From: Candidatus Woesebacteria bacterium
Lineage (GTDB): Bacteria; Patescibacteriota; Microgenomatia; UBA8517
Length of the DNA stretch: 64,000 bases
Assembly (NCBI GenBank): GCA_963716475.1
Contig: OY970314.1
Coordinates: 138,479 to 202,478 of the forward strand
Direction of reading: 5' to 3'
This document shows, piece by piece, positions 16,378-25,459 of this stretch (positions within the stretch are counted from its first letter, which is position 1; each line of letters starts with the position of its first letter). The notes beneath the pieces are model-generated. The model was not told the origin of the DNA and made no database searches. It was given only the letters and a program-made list of their open reading frames with translations. The translations under genes were made by a program, and so were the position numbers.

Positions 16378-17313
16378 CTACTTGCTTCTCCAGAAGTCTA
16401 AAGTGTCTTTAAGAGTGGTTTCCAAGGGGATTTTTGGCTCCCAACCTGTTAATTTTACAAACTTTTGGTTATTTCCGACATAAACGGGGGTATCCGAGGC
16501 GCGCAGTTTTGAAGGATCCTCTTTAACGGTTAACTTTTTATCGGATAACATAAGTAAGATTTCAAGGATTTCTTTAATCTTGACTCCCTTACCTGAACAA
16601 ATATTGTAGCTGTCACCGGGAGTCCAGTTTTTATCGATGATGGATTTATAAGCGGCTACAACATCACGGACATCAAGGTAATCGCGGATAGGCTCCAAGT
16701 TTCCAACCATAAGAACGTTGCTTTTTGGGTTCTTTTCCAATTCTGCTACCTGGGAGGCAAAATCCGGTACCACAAAACCCTTTCCCTGGCCGGGACCTGT
16801 GTGGGTGAAAGGTCTAAGTATCAAAATATTCAATTTTTCGCTTTGCGTAAAACTATAGCTAAGCCGGTCGCTTGCTGCCTTACTGGCCGAATAGAACTTG
16901 GTGGGGAAAAGCGGGGAGTCCTCGGTTATGTTTTTCGGGTCGGTGGTATTGCCATAAACTTCTGAAGAACTAATAAAGAAAATTTTAGGATTATAATCTG
17001 AATTCTGACGGACCCCCAGCACAGTTTCGTAAAGATTTATCGTCCCGAGCATATTTATTTTGAACACCTCCTCAACGTTTCTGTCCCATGTTTGGCTTTT
17101 TGCCGCCAGGTGGAAAACAACTTCGGGTTTTTCCTTTGAGATTAGATCAGCCAAAAACTTTTTGTCCAAAATATCACCGGGGAAATAATCTATTTTGGGG
17201 TTTGGGTTAACTCCGGTAACATCAGTTCCGGTAATCTGATATTTCTCAAGTAGTGTTTCGGTAAGATAATGTCCTACGAAGCCAGCCGCACCGGTAATTA
17301 AAACTTTTTGCAT
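16378..17313 (-). CDS. GDP-4-dehydro-6-deoxy-D-mannose reductase / GDP-L-fucose-synthase-like SDR
   Basis: Rossmann ITGAAGFVGHYL, YSASKAASD YxxxK, and a position directly downstream of gmd. Confidence 0.65.
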   Translation of the reverse strand: MQKVLITGAAGFVGHYLTETLLEKYQITGTDVTGVNPNPKIDYFPGDILDKKFLADLISKEKPEVVFHLAAKSQTWDRNVEEVFKINMLGTINLYETVLGVRQNSDYNPKIFFISSSEVYGNTTDPKNITEDSPLFPTKFYSASKAASDRLSYSFTQSEKLNILILRPFTHTGPGQGKGFVVPDFASQVAELEKNPKSNVLMVGNLEPIRDYLDVRDVVAAYKSIIDKNWTPGDSYNICSGKGVKIKEILEILLMLSDKKLTVKEDPSKLRASDTPVYVGNNQKFVKLTGWEPKIPLETTLKDTLDFWRSK

Positions 17314-17324
17314 TAGGAAGATAC

Positions 17325-18335
17325 TTACCTAAACCTTTTCAGATCTGCGTCCACCATCATTTCAATTAATGTTTTAAAGTCGGTTTTGGGTTCCCAACCA
17401 AGCTCTCTTTTGGCTTTTGAATAATCGCCAGTTGATTCTTTAATTTCTGTAGGTCTGAAGAATTTTTTATCGGAAATTACATGATCTTTCCAATTAAGTC
17501 CTGCATGTTCAAATGCGATTTTGCATAAATCCATAATTGAGTGCGAAGTATCTGTGGCTATGACGTAATCTTCGGGCTTGTCCTGCTGAACTATTTTCCA
17601 AATAGCTTCTACGTATTCCTTGGCATATCCCCAATCGCGTTTGGCTGTAAGATCCCCCATATGAACCCTGCCTTCTGCATCAACCAAAGGTTCGCCCAGC
17701 TCATCAAGGGGAATATTTTTTGCGTGATTTTTAATGCAAGCAACGGCAGCTGTAACCTTTCTTGAAACGAAATGTAAACCTCTTCTAGGACTTTCATGGT
17801 TAAAAAGAATTCCGGCTACCGCAAACATTCCGTAGGATTCGCGGTAGCAGCGTACCATCAAATGTGCATAGGCCTTAGCAATACCATAGGGGTTATTGGG
17901 ATCGACAGGGGTAGTTTCATCAGCTTTCATTTTTGCGATGTTTCCGAAAATTTCTCGGCTGGAAGCTTGGTAAAATCGGGAAGTGGGGGAGAGATTTTTG
18001 ATTGACTCTAAAATCCTTACTACGCCCATCCCGGTAACCTCGCCTGTATAAAAAGGCTGTGCCCAACTGTCCGCCGGAACGGACTGTGCGGCAAAGTTAT
18101 AGACTTCGTCGGGTTTATGGTCCCTTATTACCCTGCTAATGGATTCGTAATCGGTGAGGTCTGCCAGTTCGACCTTGATTTTTCCAAGAAGGTGGCCAAT
18201 ATTCTCCTTCTGGTTAGTTGTACTTCTCCTTATAGTACCGACAACTTTATAGTTTTTCTCAACCAGAAGATCTGCCAAGTATGATCCGTCCTGAGAGGAA
18301 ACCCCGAATATTACGGCTATTTTTTTATCTGCCAT
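17325..18335 (-). CDS. gmd: GDP-mannose 4,6-dehydratase
   Basis: AVIFGVSSQDGSYLADLLVEKNYKVVG N-terminus and the GMD-family length and motifs. Confidence 0.85.
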   Translation of the reverse strand: MADKKIAVIFGVSSQDGSYLADLLVEKNYKVVGTIRRSTTNQKENIGHLLGKIKVELADLTDYESISRVIRDHKPDEVYNFAAQSVPADSWAQPFYTGEVTGMGVVRILESIKNLSPTSRFYQASSREIFGNIAKMKADETTPVDPNNPYGIAKAYAHLMVRCYRESYGMFAVAGILFNHESPRRGLHFVSRKVTAAVACIKNHAKNIPLDELGEPLVDAEGRVHMGDLTAKRDWGYAKEYVEAIWKIVQQDKPEDYVIATDTSHSIMDLCKIAFEHAGLNWKDHVISDKKFFRPTEIKESTGDYSKAKRELGWEPKTDFKTLIEMMVDADLKRFR

Positions 18336-18418
18336 ACGATAATCAGAATTATATCAGATTTCAGAAAAACCGCGAACAACAGACAAGTTGAAAAGACGAC
18401 TTTGCAAAACAATTCCAA

Positions 18419-19684
18419 ATGCTTCATCATTTAGTAATGTTTGCTCCTTTTAGAAGGTCGTTTGCATTTTTGGGCGATAAAGTCTGGTCCAAGGTAATTC
18501 TTTTTTCTTTGACGCTCTTTCTGATTCGTATTGCAGACGGGGTTATTTCTTTTTGGGCACCGAACCAAATCCAGTCTTCTTTGAATAGTTCCACCTGGAT
18601 GGGAATAATAATCAGTTTCCAATCAGTGGTAGGATTTGGAGCAGATCTTATTTTCCCGGCACTTCTTAGGACTACAAAAACCAAACGTCTGGTTTTTTGG
18701 GCAATAATGATGTCTGCTCTGACTTCATTTTTTCTGGCAACCTCGGCAGTTAAGCCTTTTGTTGCTATATTTTTAGTCACTATGGCCGTGTGGGGAATTT
18801 ATTATGAGTTTATGGCTTTTGCCGACTATCAATTTATAGGAAGCGTAGTGCCGCCTCACATGCGCTCAGCGGCATGGGGAATTGTTGACACTTTTTTAAA
18901 TATGGCTTACTTTTTGGGGCCACTTTTGGCAGCCGCGTTGCTTCTAAATGGCTATATATTTACAGAGGGTTTAATTTTGGTTTTTTTGGTTGGGGCACTA
19001 TTGCTTCTTTCCTTTTTTAAAGGAGCTCATGACGCTCCGGCCCAAATAGATATGAAGGAAATTAATCCTTGGGTTGAGTTCAAACACTGGTTAACTCTAT
19101 CTAGGCATATTTGGCCGGCAATGGTGGTTAGTTTACTTTTGGGTTTTATAGACGCGACCTTTTGGACAACGGGGGCGGTTTGGACAGAGAAGTTGGTTAA
19201 GATAAATTATCTAGGTGGCCTATTTTTGCCGTTTTATCAGCTACCTGCAATTTTTTTGGGGGTAGTGGTTGCAGGGTGGGGAATTTACAAAGGTAAAAAA
19301 ATACTGACGGAAAAATTTTTGATTGTTGCGGGCATTTTTCTCGCAGGACTTGCGATTAGCGGGAGCATTTATTGGCAACTGACTATGGTTTTCCTTTCAT
19401 CTGTTGCGCTTGCCATCTGCTACCCGCTTCTCGAGGGTGTTTATACGGATATTGTGGTCAGAATGGGTAAGGAAAGAAATGACTTGATAGGGCTTACCAG
19501 TTCGGTCTCAAATGTTTCCTACATAGTTTGGCCCCCGATTGTCGGGGTGGTCGCAGGGATAGTCGGTGAGAGATTAACTTTTTCTTTTGTCGGAGTATTG
19601 GTGGTTGTAGTTTCCATAATTCTTCTTTTTGTTACCCCGAAAAAACTCCGTTTGCCGCAAGGAGAAATCAAAAGCTGGAAGTAA
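18419..19684 (+). CDS. MFS-type membrane transporter (about 12 TM)
   Basis: Two six-helix halves by hydrophobicity. Divergent from gmd. Confidence 0.6.
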   Translation: MLHHLVMFAPFRRSFAFLGDKVWSKVILFSLTLFLIRIADGVISFWAPNQIQSSLNSSTWMGIIISFQSVVGFGADLIFPALLRTTKTKRLVFWAIMMSALTSFFLATSAVKPFVAIFLVTMAVWGIYYEFMAFADYQFIGSVVPPHMRSAAWGIVDTFLNMAYFLGPLLAAALLLNGYIFTEGLILVFLVGALLLLSFFKGAHDAPAQIDMKEINPWVEFKHWLTLSRHIWPAMVVSLLLGFIDATFWTTGAVWTEKLVKINYLGGLFLPFYQLPAIFLGVVVAGWGIYKGKKILTEKFLIVAGIFLAGLAISGSIYWQLTMVFLSSVALAICYPLLEGVYTDIVVRMGKERNDLIGLTSSVSNVSYIVWPPIVGVVAGIVGERLTFSFVGVLVVVVSIILLFVTPKKLRLPQGEIKSWK

Positions 19685-19687
19685 CCT

Positions 19688-20158
19688 TTATTCGATTTTT
19701 AAAAGTTTAGCGATCTGCGTCGTTGAGGGGACGTCGATCTTGGGGATTTCGATAAGTGAGGCGCCTATACTTTCCGCCTGCTTACGTTTTTTTTCGATAA
19801 CGGGGTCGCCGGAAGTAACTGCAATCACCTCGGGACTAATGACACTAACGAGTTTGTTGTAATCTTCGTCTTTCATCTCGTCTGCCAAAATAATTACCTG
19901 GTCTACAAAATGCAACGACTCAAGCATCTCACGTCTTTGGTTTTGGCCATGTATAGGGCGTTTTTCGCCTTTGAGCCTTTTTATATTTTTGTCGGATTCC
20001 AGAGCCACGACCAAGTAGTCACCAAGAGCTTTGGCCTTTTTCAAAAAATGAATATGGCCGTAGTGAAGAATATCAAACGCTCCGCCAACAAGAACTACTT
20101 TAGCAGGAACCTGTCTGGCCAAGCTTTGTTTAGTTTTTTTTGCCTTTAGCTTTCTCAT
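19688..20158 (-). CDS. Cytidylyltransferase-fold nucleotidyltransferase, RfaE-domain-II-like (heptose-1-phosphate adenylyltransferase, or an FMN/FAD adenylyltransferase-like enzyme)
   Basis: VVLVGGAFDILHYGHIHFL (HxGH) and KRLKGEKRP motifs. Confidence 0.65.
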   Translation of the reverse strand: MRKLKAKKTKQSLARQVPAKVVLVGGAFDILHYGHIHFLKKAKALGDYLVVALESDKNIKRLKGEKRPIHGQNQRREMLESLHFVDQVIILADEMKDEDYNKLVSVISPEVIAVTSGDPVIEKKRKQAESIGASLIEIPKIDVPSTTQIAKLLKIE

Positions 20159-20783
20159 AGTTTGCTTTTACTAAACTTGCAGCAGTGTTTACGGTTTCCT
20201 CCAAACATCCTTCCGGATTATTTATTATAACCGCTTTTTCCTGAAGAACCCGAAGATGGGGAAATTCCTGCTCGTCTCGGGCGGAATACTCACCCTGGTT
20301 GTAACGGACTCCATCCCTTGCTTTTCTCCTTGACTCAATTTCGTCTTTGGAGGCTGTCACACAAAGAACTGTAGTATTCTTTTGAAGAATTTGAGCGTGC
20401 TCCGGAAAATGTTTGGTAAAAAAACGTTCGGATGCAACCTCGGCTGCGCGTGAAGGATCAATTCTCCAAACCAAATCCTCGCCGCTTAACAGACGTTCAA
20501 GTTCGCTTTTAGGGGTTGCCTTGTTTGATGATCCTGTCGGTGTAATATCTTCAACAAGTTCTCCGTTTGCTGCCATTTCTTGAAGTCTTTCTCCGGTTAT
20601 AAAATGGTAATCAACGCCATGAGTTTCTCCGGGCCGGAGCGGTCGATCCGTGCATGTAACAATTTTCTTCAAATTAAGATCTTTAACCAGCGGATGCCTT
20701 AGAAGTTCTATCATGACGGCATCTTTTCCGGCGCCGGAAGCGCCGCTTATGACCAGTAAAAATCCGACTTTTATTTCTCTCAC
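20130..20783 (-). CDS. gmk: Guanylate kinase
   Basis: P-loop ISGASGAGK and TDRPLRPGETHGVDYHFI, characteristic of Gmk. Confidence 0.8.
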   Translation of the reverse strand: MREIKVGFLLVISGASGAGKDAVMIELLRHPLVKDLNLKKIVTCTDRPLRPGETHGVDYHFITGERLQEMAANGELVEDITPTGSSNKATPKSELERLLSGEDLVWRIDPSRAAEVASERFFTKHFPEHAQILQKNTTVLCVTASKDEIESRRKARDGVRYNQGEYSARDEQEFPHLRVLQEKAVIINNPEGCLEETVNTAASLVKANYEKAKGKKN

Positions 20784-20842
20784 GGCACTATTCTAACCTG
20801 TTTCCTCTTTTTTTGCAGTAGCTTTTATGTCATATTGTTATT

Positions 20843-21922
20843 ATGCCCACCTCAAAAAGCGAGGACGAAGCTTTAGTCAAAAAATCCGTTCCGAAACAAA
20901 AAACTAAACTTGCGGTTGACAAAGAAGCTCTCAAGAAATTCCGTTTGGTTGTTGTTGCTTATTCCAGCGTGCAAAGAGAACATTTTGCCACAAAGTCTGC
21001 CTATGAAGCAGAGGTTGAGGTAGAAGAAAGAGCGATCGAGGTTTCTGAAGAGATCAGAAAACTTGGGGTTCAGGTTCGGACACTTCCCGGAGATCAATAT
21101 TTTTACACCAATCTTCTTGTCGATAAACCCGACTTGGTAGTTAACCTTGTGGATACGCTAAAAGGCCGTGACCAACTTCAACCGTCCGTACCGGCAGCTC
21201 TCGAGCTTGCCAATATTCCCTATACGGGTGCAGGAATGGAAGGTCTTATCATCGGTAATAATAGGAACCTGACTAAAAGACTTCTAATGGCTTACGATAT
21301 TCCAACCCCGCCGTTTCAATTCATAAGACGGGCGGGAACAAGTATTGATGAGGATCTTGGCCTTCCGTTGATAGTCAAATTAAATGAAGGTGGGGGAAGT
21401 GTGGGGATTGACAATCATGCGGTTAAGGAGAGTTTTAGGGCTACCATGCTTAGGGTCAATAAAATGATTTCTACATATAGATATCCGGTAGTTGTTGAGA
21501 AGTTTATCGGAGGTCCGGAAATAACCGTGGTGGTTTTTGATGACGGAACCAAGCGCCACGTTTTTATGGCACAGAAAATATTCAGAAAGAAGCCGGACGG
21601 CAAACACTTTTTCACAAGTTTTGAGTCTTATGAAGATGAGAGGGCCTATAAATACGTGCCGGTAGAGGAGAACCTCAGATTTGAGATTACCAAACTGGCG
21701 GTTAGGGCTTTTGGTGGCCTTCAACATAATGACTACGCAAAATTTGATATCAGGCTCGACGAAGAAACTAAGACCCCATATTTTACAGACAGTAATCCCA
21801 ATACAGCCTTCGGACCAGACATGGGTCTTCCCATGACTGAGGTAATGGCTATGCATGGGGTGGAATTTCCGGATATTATGGCTAGCCTTCTCTCCAAGTA
21901 TGCCAGGGATTTACCCGAGTAG
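20843..21922 (+). CDS. ddl: D-alanine--D-alanine ligase family ATP-grasp enzyme with an N-terminal ~40-aa extension
   Basis: Ddl-like central region (NRNLTKRLLMAYDIPTPPF) and C-terminal region (AKFDIRLDEETKTPYFTDSNPNTAFGP). Confidence 0.6.
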   Translation: MPTSKSEDEALVKKSVPKQKTKLAVDKEALKKFRLVVVAYSSVQREHFATKSAYEAEVEVEERAIEVSEEIRKLGVQVRTLPGDQYFYTNLLVDKPDLVVNLVDTLKGRDQLQPSVPAALELANIPYTGAGMEGLIIGNNRNLTKRLLMAYDIPTPPFQFIRRAGTSIDEDLGLPLIVKLNEGGGSVGIDNHAVKESFRATMLRVNKMISTYRYPVVVEKFIGGPEITVVVFDDGTKRHVFMAQKIFRKKPDGKHFFTSFESYEDERAYKYVPVEENLRFEITKLAVRAFGGLQHNDYAKFDIRLDEETKTPYFTDSNPNTAFGPDMGLPMTEVMAMHGVEFPDIMASLLSKYARDLPE

Positions 21923-21989
21923 CCTGCTCCCGACAAATACAACCCCCGTCTTGACGGGGTAGACATAAGGCCGTACAATTGGGCGAATT

Positions 21990-22628
21990 ATGGTTTTAGA
22001 GAAAAACCCCAAAACACGACGCTTAGCCAAAAGACTCCTTGAGCTTGAAGATAAGATTGTGGGCAAGCCGTTCCCCAAGATGAAAAGGTCAAAACAGGTG
22101 ACTTCTTCCCATTGTGGACCTGCAGTGATTGAGGCACTTTTCTCTTTTCTTGGGCAGAAAGTCTCACAGGCTTCCGTTGTCAGATCAATAAAAGCCGACA
22201 AAAAAATTAAAAAGATTGGTCTGAACGTCACCGACCTAGGACTAGCCGTCAAAAAACTTGGCAAAGGTAAGTTTAATTTTTGGAAAAAGGCGGGGTCAAC
22301 CATTTCCAACCTGTCGATAGCAGTGAATAAGTATCAATATCCGGTCGGTGTCGAATGGCAGGGGGTTTTTTACGAATATGCAGACGGGGACAACGGACAC
22401 TATTGTGTCGTAACCAGAGTAAATAAGGAGGGAGGATACCTTAGGCTCGCAGATCCGTTTTTCAAGTTTGCCGGGGTTGATAGAAAATTCACATTAAAAG
22501 ATTTTCAAAAAAGATGGTGGGACGAAAATGTTATCGGCAAGAAAACCGTGAAGGATAAAAAAATGATGTTTCTCATAACTCCAAAAAGCGACTCCTGGCC
22601 AAGAAAGCTTGGAATGAAGAGGGCCTAA
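21990..22628 (+). CDS. Stand-alone C39-like papain-fold cysteine peptidase domain protein
   Basis: Q...SSHCGPAV catalytic Cys motif and GHYCVV...LADP His/Asp motif in C39 spacing. Confidence 0.55.
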   Translation: MVLEKNPKTRRLAKRLLELEDKIVGKPFPKMKRSKQVTSSHCGPAVIEALFSFLGQKVSQASVVRSIKADKKIKKIGLNVTDLGLAVKKLGKGKFNFWKKAGSTISNLSIAVNKYQYPVGVEWQGVFYEYADGDNGHYCVVTRVNKEGGYLRLADPFFKFAGVDRKFTLKDFQKRWWDENVIGKKTVKDKKMMFLITPKSDSWPRKLGMKRA

Positions 22629-22672
22629 CCTCGGCTTTGTACTTATTACGAGTTTCTTGTAGAATTAAAAAG

Positions 22673-22975
22673 ATGTCAGAATCACACGAAGGACCTGAAA
22701 CGTTTTATGGTAATAAATCCAGACAGGAAATCAGCGATTTTATTGAAAAACATACAAGCCGGATGCAGGTTCCTCGCGAACCCAGCTTCCTTCGCAGACT
22801 GTTTGGTCCCCGTGGAACGCAAACGGTTGTTTCAATTAAAGATGACCGCGAGGGAAGGATGAATGCAACCCGGGCACCTTCAATGATAAGAAATCAAATA
22901 CGTCAGGAACCGGAAGAAAAGACGACAGAAGGACCACACGAGTTGAAAAATGGTCGTTGGGTACCAAAAAAGTAG
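22673..22975 (+). CDS. Hypothetical small basic protein
   Basis: ORF only. Start taken at the internal MSESHEG. Confidence 0.35.
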   Translation: MSESHEGPETFYGNKSRQEISDFIEKHTSRMQVPREPSFLRRLFGPRGTQTVVSIKDDREGRMNATRAPSMIRNQIRQEPEEKTTEGPHELKNGRWVPKK

Positions 22976-22988
22976 CCCGAGGTGCGAG

Positions 22989-23059
22989 CAGGCCGAGAGG
23001 GAATCGAACCCCCAATGATGGTTTTGGAGACCACCGGTATACCATTTACCTATCGGCCT
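22989..23059 (-). tRNA. tRNA-Trp (anticodon CCA), 71 nt, CCA tail not encoded
   Basis: Manual cloverleaf: acceptor AGGCCGA/TCGGCCT, D-arm GGTA/TACC, anticodon loop CTCCAAA, T-arm GGGGG-TTCGATT-CCCTC. Confidence 0.8.
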
Positions 23060-23118
23060 ATATGGATATTATACCCCAATAATTTGGAAAAATTGGACAC
23101 GCCTGCTACAATACGCCG

Positions 23119-23367
23119 ATGGAAGAAAGATTCGAGGAAAGACATATAGTACATGGTCTAACACAGGAAGAATTGAAAGACCGTGTACTAAAGGATGCGG
23201 ATGAGTTTCCTTTTAGCTACGACCAGTTTTATGATAGGATGCGGCATAATTTGAGAATAAATGGTATTCCCCTAGAATCTGCGATCAGGGATGCATTCGT
23301 GATAGATGACAACCGTAGAGTTACCGGTGTAAAACCTACCCCTTCAGAGGATCCCCGGAAGAAATAA
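23119..23367 (+). CDS. Hypothetical 82-aa acidic protein
   Basis: ORF only. Confidence 0.35.
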   Translation: MEERFEERHIVHGLTQEELKDRVLKDADEFPFSYDQFYDRMRHNLRINGIPLESAIRDAFVIDDNRRVTGVKPTPSEDPRKK

Positions 23368-23382
23368 AAAAACTAACCTGGG

Positions 23383-23442
23383 GGAGGAAACACATATGCG
23401 CATAAAATGCATTTCCTCCGGAGAGAGTGAGATTAGTTTTTT
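23383..23442. terminator. Hairpin (GGAGGAAA...TTTCCTCC) with T-runs on both strands between convergent small ORFs; candidate bidirectional terminator
   Basis: 8-bp arms seen in the sequence. The loop contains an ATGCGCAT palindrome. Confidence 0.35.
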
Positions 23443-23454
23443 GTTGCTTGGACC

Positions 23455-23652
23455 TTATTTATCCTTCTTTTCTTTATATTCTTTGATGGCATTTTTTGCC
23501 ATAACTTGCTTTTCAGGCTGACCTGCAAATGCCCGGCTGGCAGCCTCCTCTAAGGTCGACAAATTTCGGCAAGGGCCGACTGTACAATTTTTCTTGGAAA
23601 TAAGACTGTATCCAAGGTCGTCCTTTTGGACGGTGAAAATATTTTTTGCCAT
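23455..23652 (-). CDS. Hypothetical small protein
   Basis: ORF downstream of rpmG on the same strand. No recognisable motif. Confidence 0.3.
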   Translation of the reverse strand: MAKNIFTVQKDDLGYSLISKKNCTVGPCRNLSTLEEAASRAFAGQPEKQVMAKNAIKEYKEKKDK

Positions 23653-23921
23653 AATTATCCTCACTTTGAATAAATCTCTCTCTTTTCCCAGGTTTTAAGG
23701 AACTTGAACTCAAAAAAGAGTACTTAGCCTCGGCTTTCGAGACAACTCCTTGCTTGAGCTCAGAGGCAGCATAGTATCAAATTTAACACGAAATGTCAAT
23801 ACTATAGGTAAAACTACTTTAACTTCGAGGACTCTTTGTGAAGCTGGACCCCACACACCTTACCCTTCGCCTTTTCAGAACTATTCGTTCACGGCTCAGG
23901 GGGCGATTGAAAGGGGTTTCG

Positions 23922-24107
23922 TTACTTTAATTTGGAAGACTCTTTGTGTAACTGTACTTTCCTGCAGAATCTACAGTACTTTTTGAGGCCAAGTTTGCCT
24001 TTGCCTTTGGTATCCATATTAACTTTATTCCTGTCTGTAATGTAGTTTTGGTTTTTACAGACGGAACAGATTAAAGCTACAATTTCGCGGGCTCCCTTTT
24101 TGGCCAT
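23922..24107 (-). CDS. rpmG: 50S ribosomal protein L33 (Cys4 zinc-ribbon form)
   Basis: MAKKGAREIVALICSVCKNQNY...YCRFCRKVQLHKE. Start placed at the internal Met (the track ORF starts 17 codons upstream). Confidence 0.85.
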   Translation of the reverse strand: MAKKGAREIVALICSVCKNQNYITDRNKVNMDTKGKGKLGLKKYCRFCRKVQLHKESSKLK

Positions 24108-24201
24108 ACCGGACATTTTACCACGGAGTCTTACGCAGTGGCAAGCTTGTCTTACCATGAAGCTATGGGAAGTAAAAGTAGGAGCCTGAGGTGGAGATGT
24201 G

Positions 24202-24273
24202 AGCCTAGGGAGAGAATTGGACTCTCTACTTCTTTCTTACCAAGAAAGCGTTCTACCGATGAACTACCTAGGC
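24202..24273 (-). tRNA. tRNA-Thr (anticodon GGT), 72 nt, atypical T-loop (TCCAATT)
   Basis: Manual cloverleaf: acceptor GCCTAGG/CCTAGGC, D-arm GTTC-ATCGGTA-GAAC, anticodon arm CTTTC-TTGGTAA-GAAAG, T-arm GAGAG-TCCAATT-CTCTC. Confidence 0.6.
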
Positions 24274-24305
24274 GTGAAGCTAATTATATCAGATAAATGT
24301 TCACA

Positions 24306-25346
24306 TCAGATGATTAAACAAGCGTCGCCGAATGAATAAAAGCGGTATTTACTCTTAATCGCTTTACGATAGGCCTTTCCCATTAATGATGAGCCAAAGT
24401 CTTTGAATTTTTCATTTGTATTCGGATAAGAAACAAAAGCCGAAACCAAGGCCAAAAGGGTAGAGGTCGGAAGGTGAAAATTGGTAATAAGCGTATCGAC
24501 GAATTTAAATTTGTAAGGTGGGTAAATGAATATATCGGTTGAACCGGATAATTTTCCGGTTGTAACTGTCTCCAAGACACGTGCGGAGGTTGTGCCTACG
24601 GCGACGATTCTTTTGCCCGACCTTTTGGCTTTGGCTAATCTTTTGTGAGTTTCTTTATCGACAAAAAATTCCTCCTCGTGCATTTTATGATCCTCAAGAG
24701 TTTTGGTTTTGACTGGTGCAAAGGTTCCCAGACCGACGTGCAGGGTAATATATTCAATTTGGACCCCCTTGTCTTTCAATTTGGTAAGAAGCCTTTTGGT
24801 AAAGTGAAAACCTGCGGTAGGAGCTGCAACCGAGCCGATGGCTTTAGCATAAACAGTCTGGTATTCCTTTCTCAAGTCAGATTCTTTTTCATCGGACTCT
24901 ATATAGGGCGGCAGGGGAGTGTGGCCATACTTACTTAGGATTTCTATGATCTTATTTTTGGTCAAATGGGTATCTATGATAGCCGTCATGTCTTTTTGTC
25001 CGATCGCGTTAAATAAGTATCTATTAAGAGTGATATTTGTGCTGGTCTTGATCCCGGGGTGAGTTAAAGCTGTCCAGATTCCCGGTTTAATTTCTTCCAA
25101 GAATAGAATTTCAATATTTCCCCCTGCTATCTTTTTTGCAAATATTCTGGCCGGGAAAACCTTGGTTTTATTAAGAACCAAAACGTCGTTCGGTCCTAAA
25201 AATTTATCAATCTCGAAAAACTTATGGTGAGCAATTTGGCCTGAATTTCGGTTAATTATCATAAGTCTCGAATGGTCGCGGGGCTTGACGGGGAAGTTGG
25301 CGATAAGTGATCTCGGAAGCCGGTAATCAAAAAGCGAGGTCTTCAT
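24306..25346 (-). CDS. queA: S-adenosylmethionine:tRNA ribosyltransferase-isomerase
   Basis: QueA family, including the TPLPPYI motif and typical length. Start at the internal MKTSLFDY. Confidence 0.85.
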   Translation of the reverse strand: MKTSLFDYRLPRSLIANFPVKPRDHSRLMIINRNSGQIAHHKFFEIDKFLGPNDVLVLNKTKVFPARIFAKKIAGGNIEILFLEEIKPGIWTALTHPGIKTSTNITLNRYLFNAIGQKDMTAIIDTHLTKNKIIEILSKYGHTPLPPYIESDEKESDLRKEYQTVYAKAIGSVAAPTAGFHFTKRLLTKLKDKGVQIEYITLHVGLGTFAPVKTKTLEDHKMHEEEFFVDKETHKRLAKAKRSGKRIVAVGTTSARVLETVTTGKLSGSTDIFIYPPYKFKFVDTLITNFHLPTSTLLALVSAFVSYPNTNEKFKDFGSSLMGKAYRKAIKSKYRFYSFGDACLII

Positions 25347-25392
25347 GCCAATGGAATTATACGCTCGGAATAAGATATAATACAGCATATTA

Positions 25393-25452
25393 GCCGGCGT
25401 AACTCAGCGGTAAGCAATAGCTTGGCCGCTGAAAACACAGAATTACGCCGGG
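25393..25452 (+). other. tRNA-like remnant/hairpin: the first 20 nt are identical to the 5' end of the downstream tRNA-Thr, followed by a 9-bp-stem structure
   Basis: gccggcgtaactcagcggta occurs at both 25393-25412 and 25460-25479. CCGGCGTAA pairs with TTACGCCGG and CAGCGG pairs with CCGCTG. No cloverleaf can be drawn. Confidence 0.4.
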
Positions 25453-25459
25453 ATACCTT

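Noticed and set aside
23750-23986. 78-aa plus-strand ORF overlapping the rpmG 3' end
   Set aside because: It overlaps L33 on the opposite strand and the duplicated L33-tail region. The translation has no features; a likely shadow ORF.
25393-25452. A fourth tRNA gene upstream of tRNA-Thr(TGT)
   Set aside because: Despite the identical first 20 nt, no D/anticodon/T-arm cloverleaf can be drawn. It folds as a simple nested hairpin.
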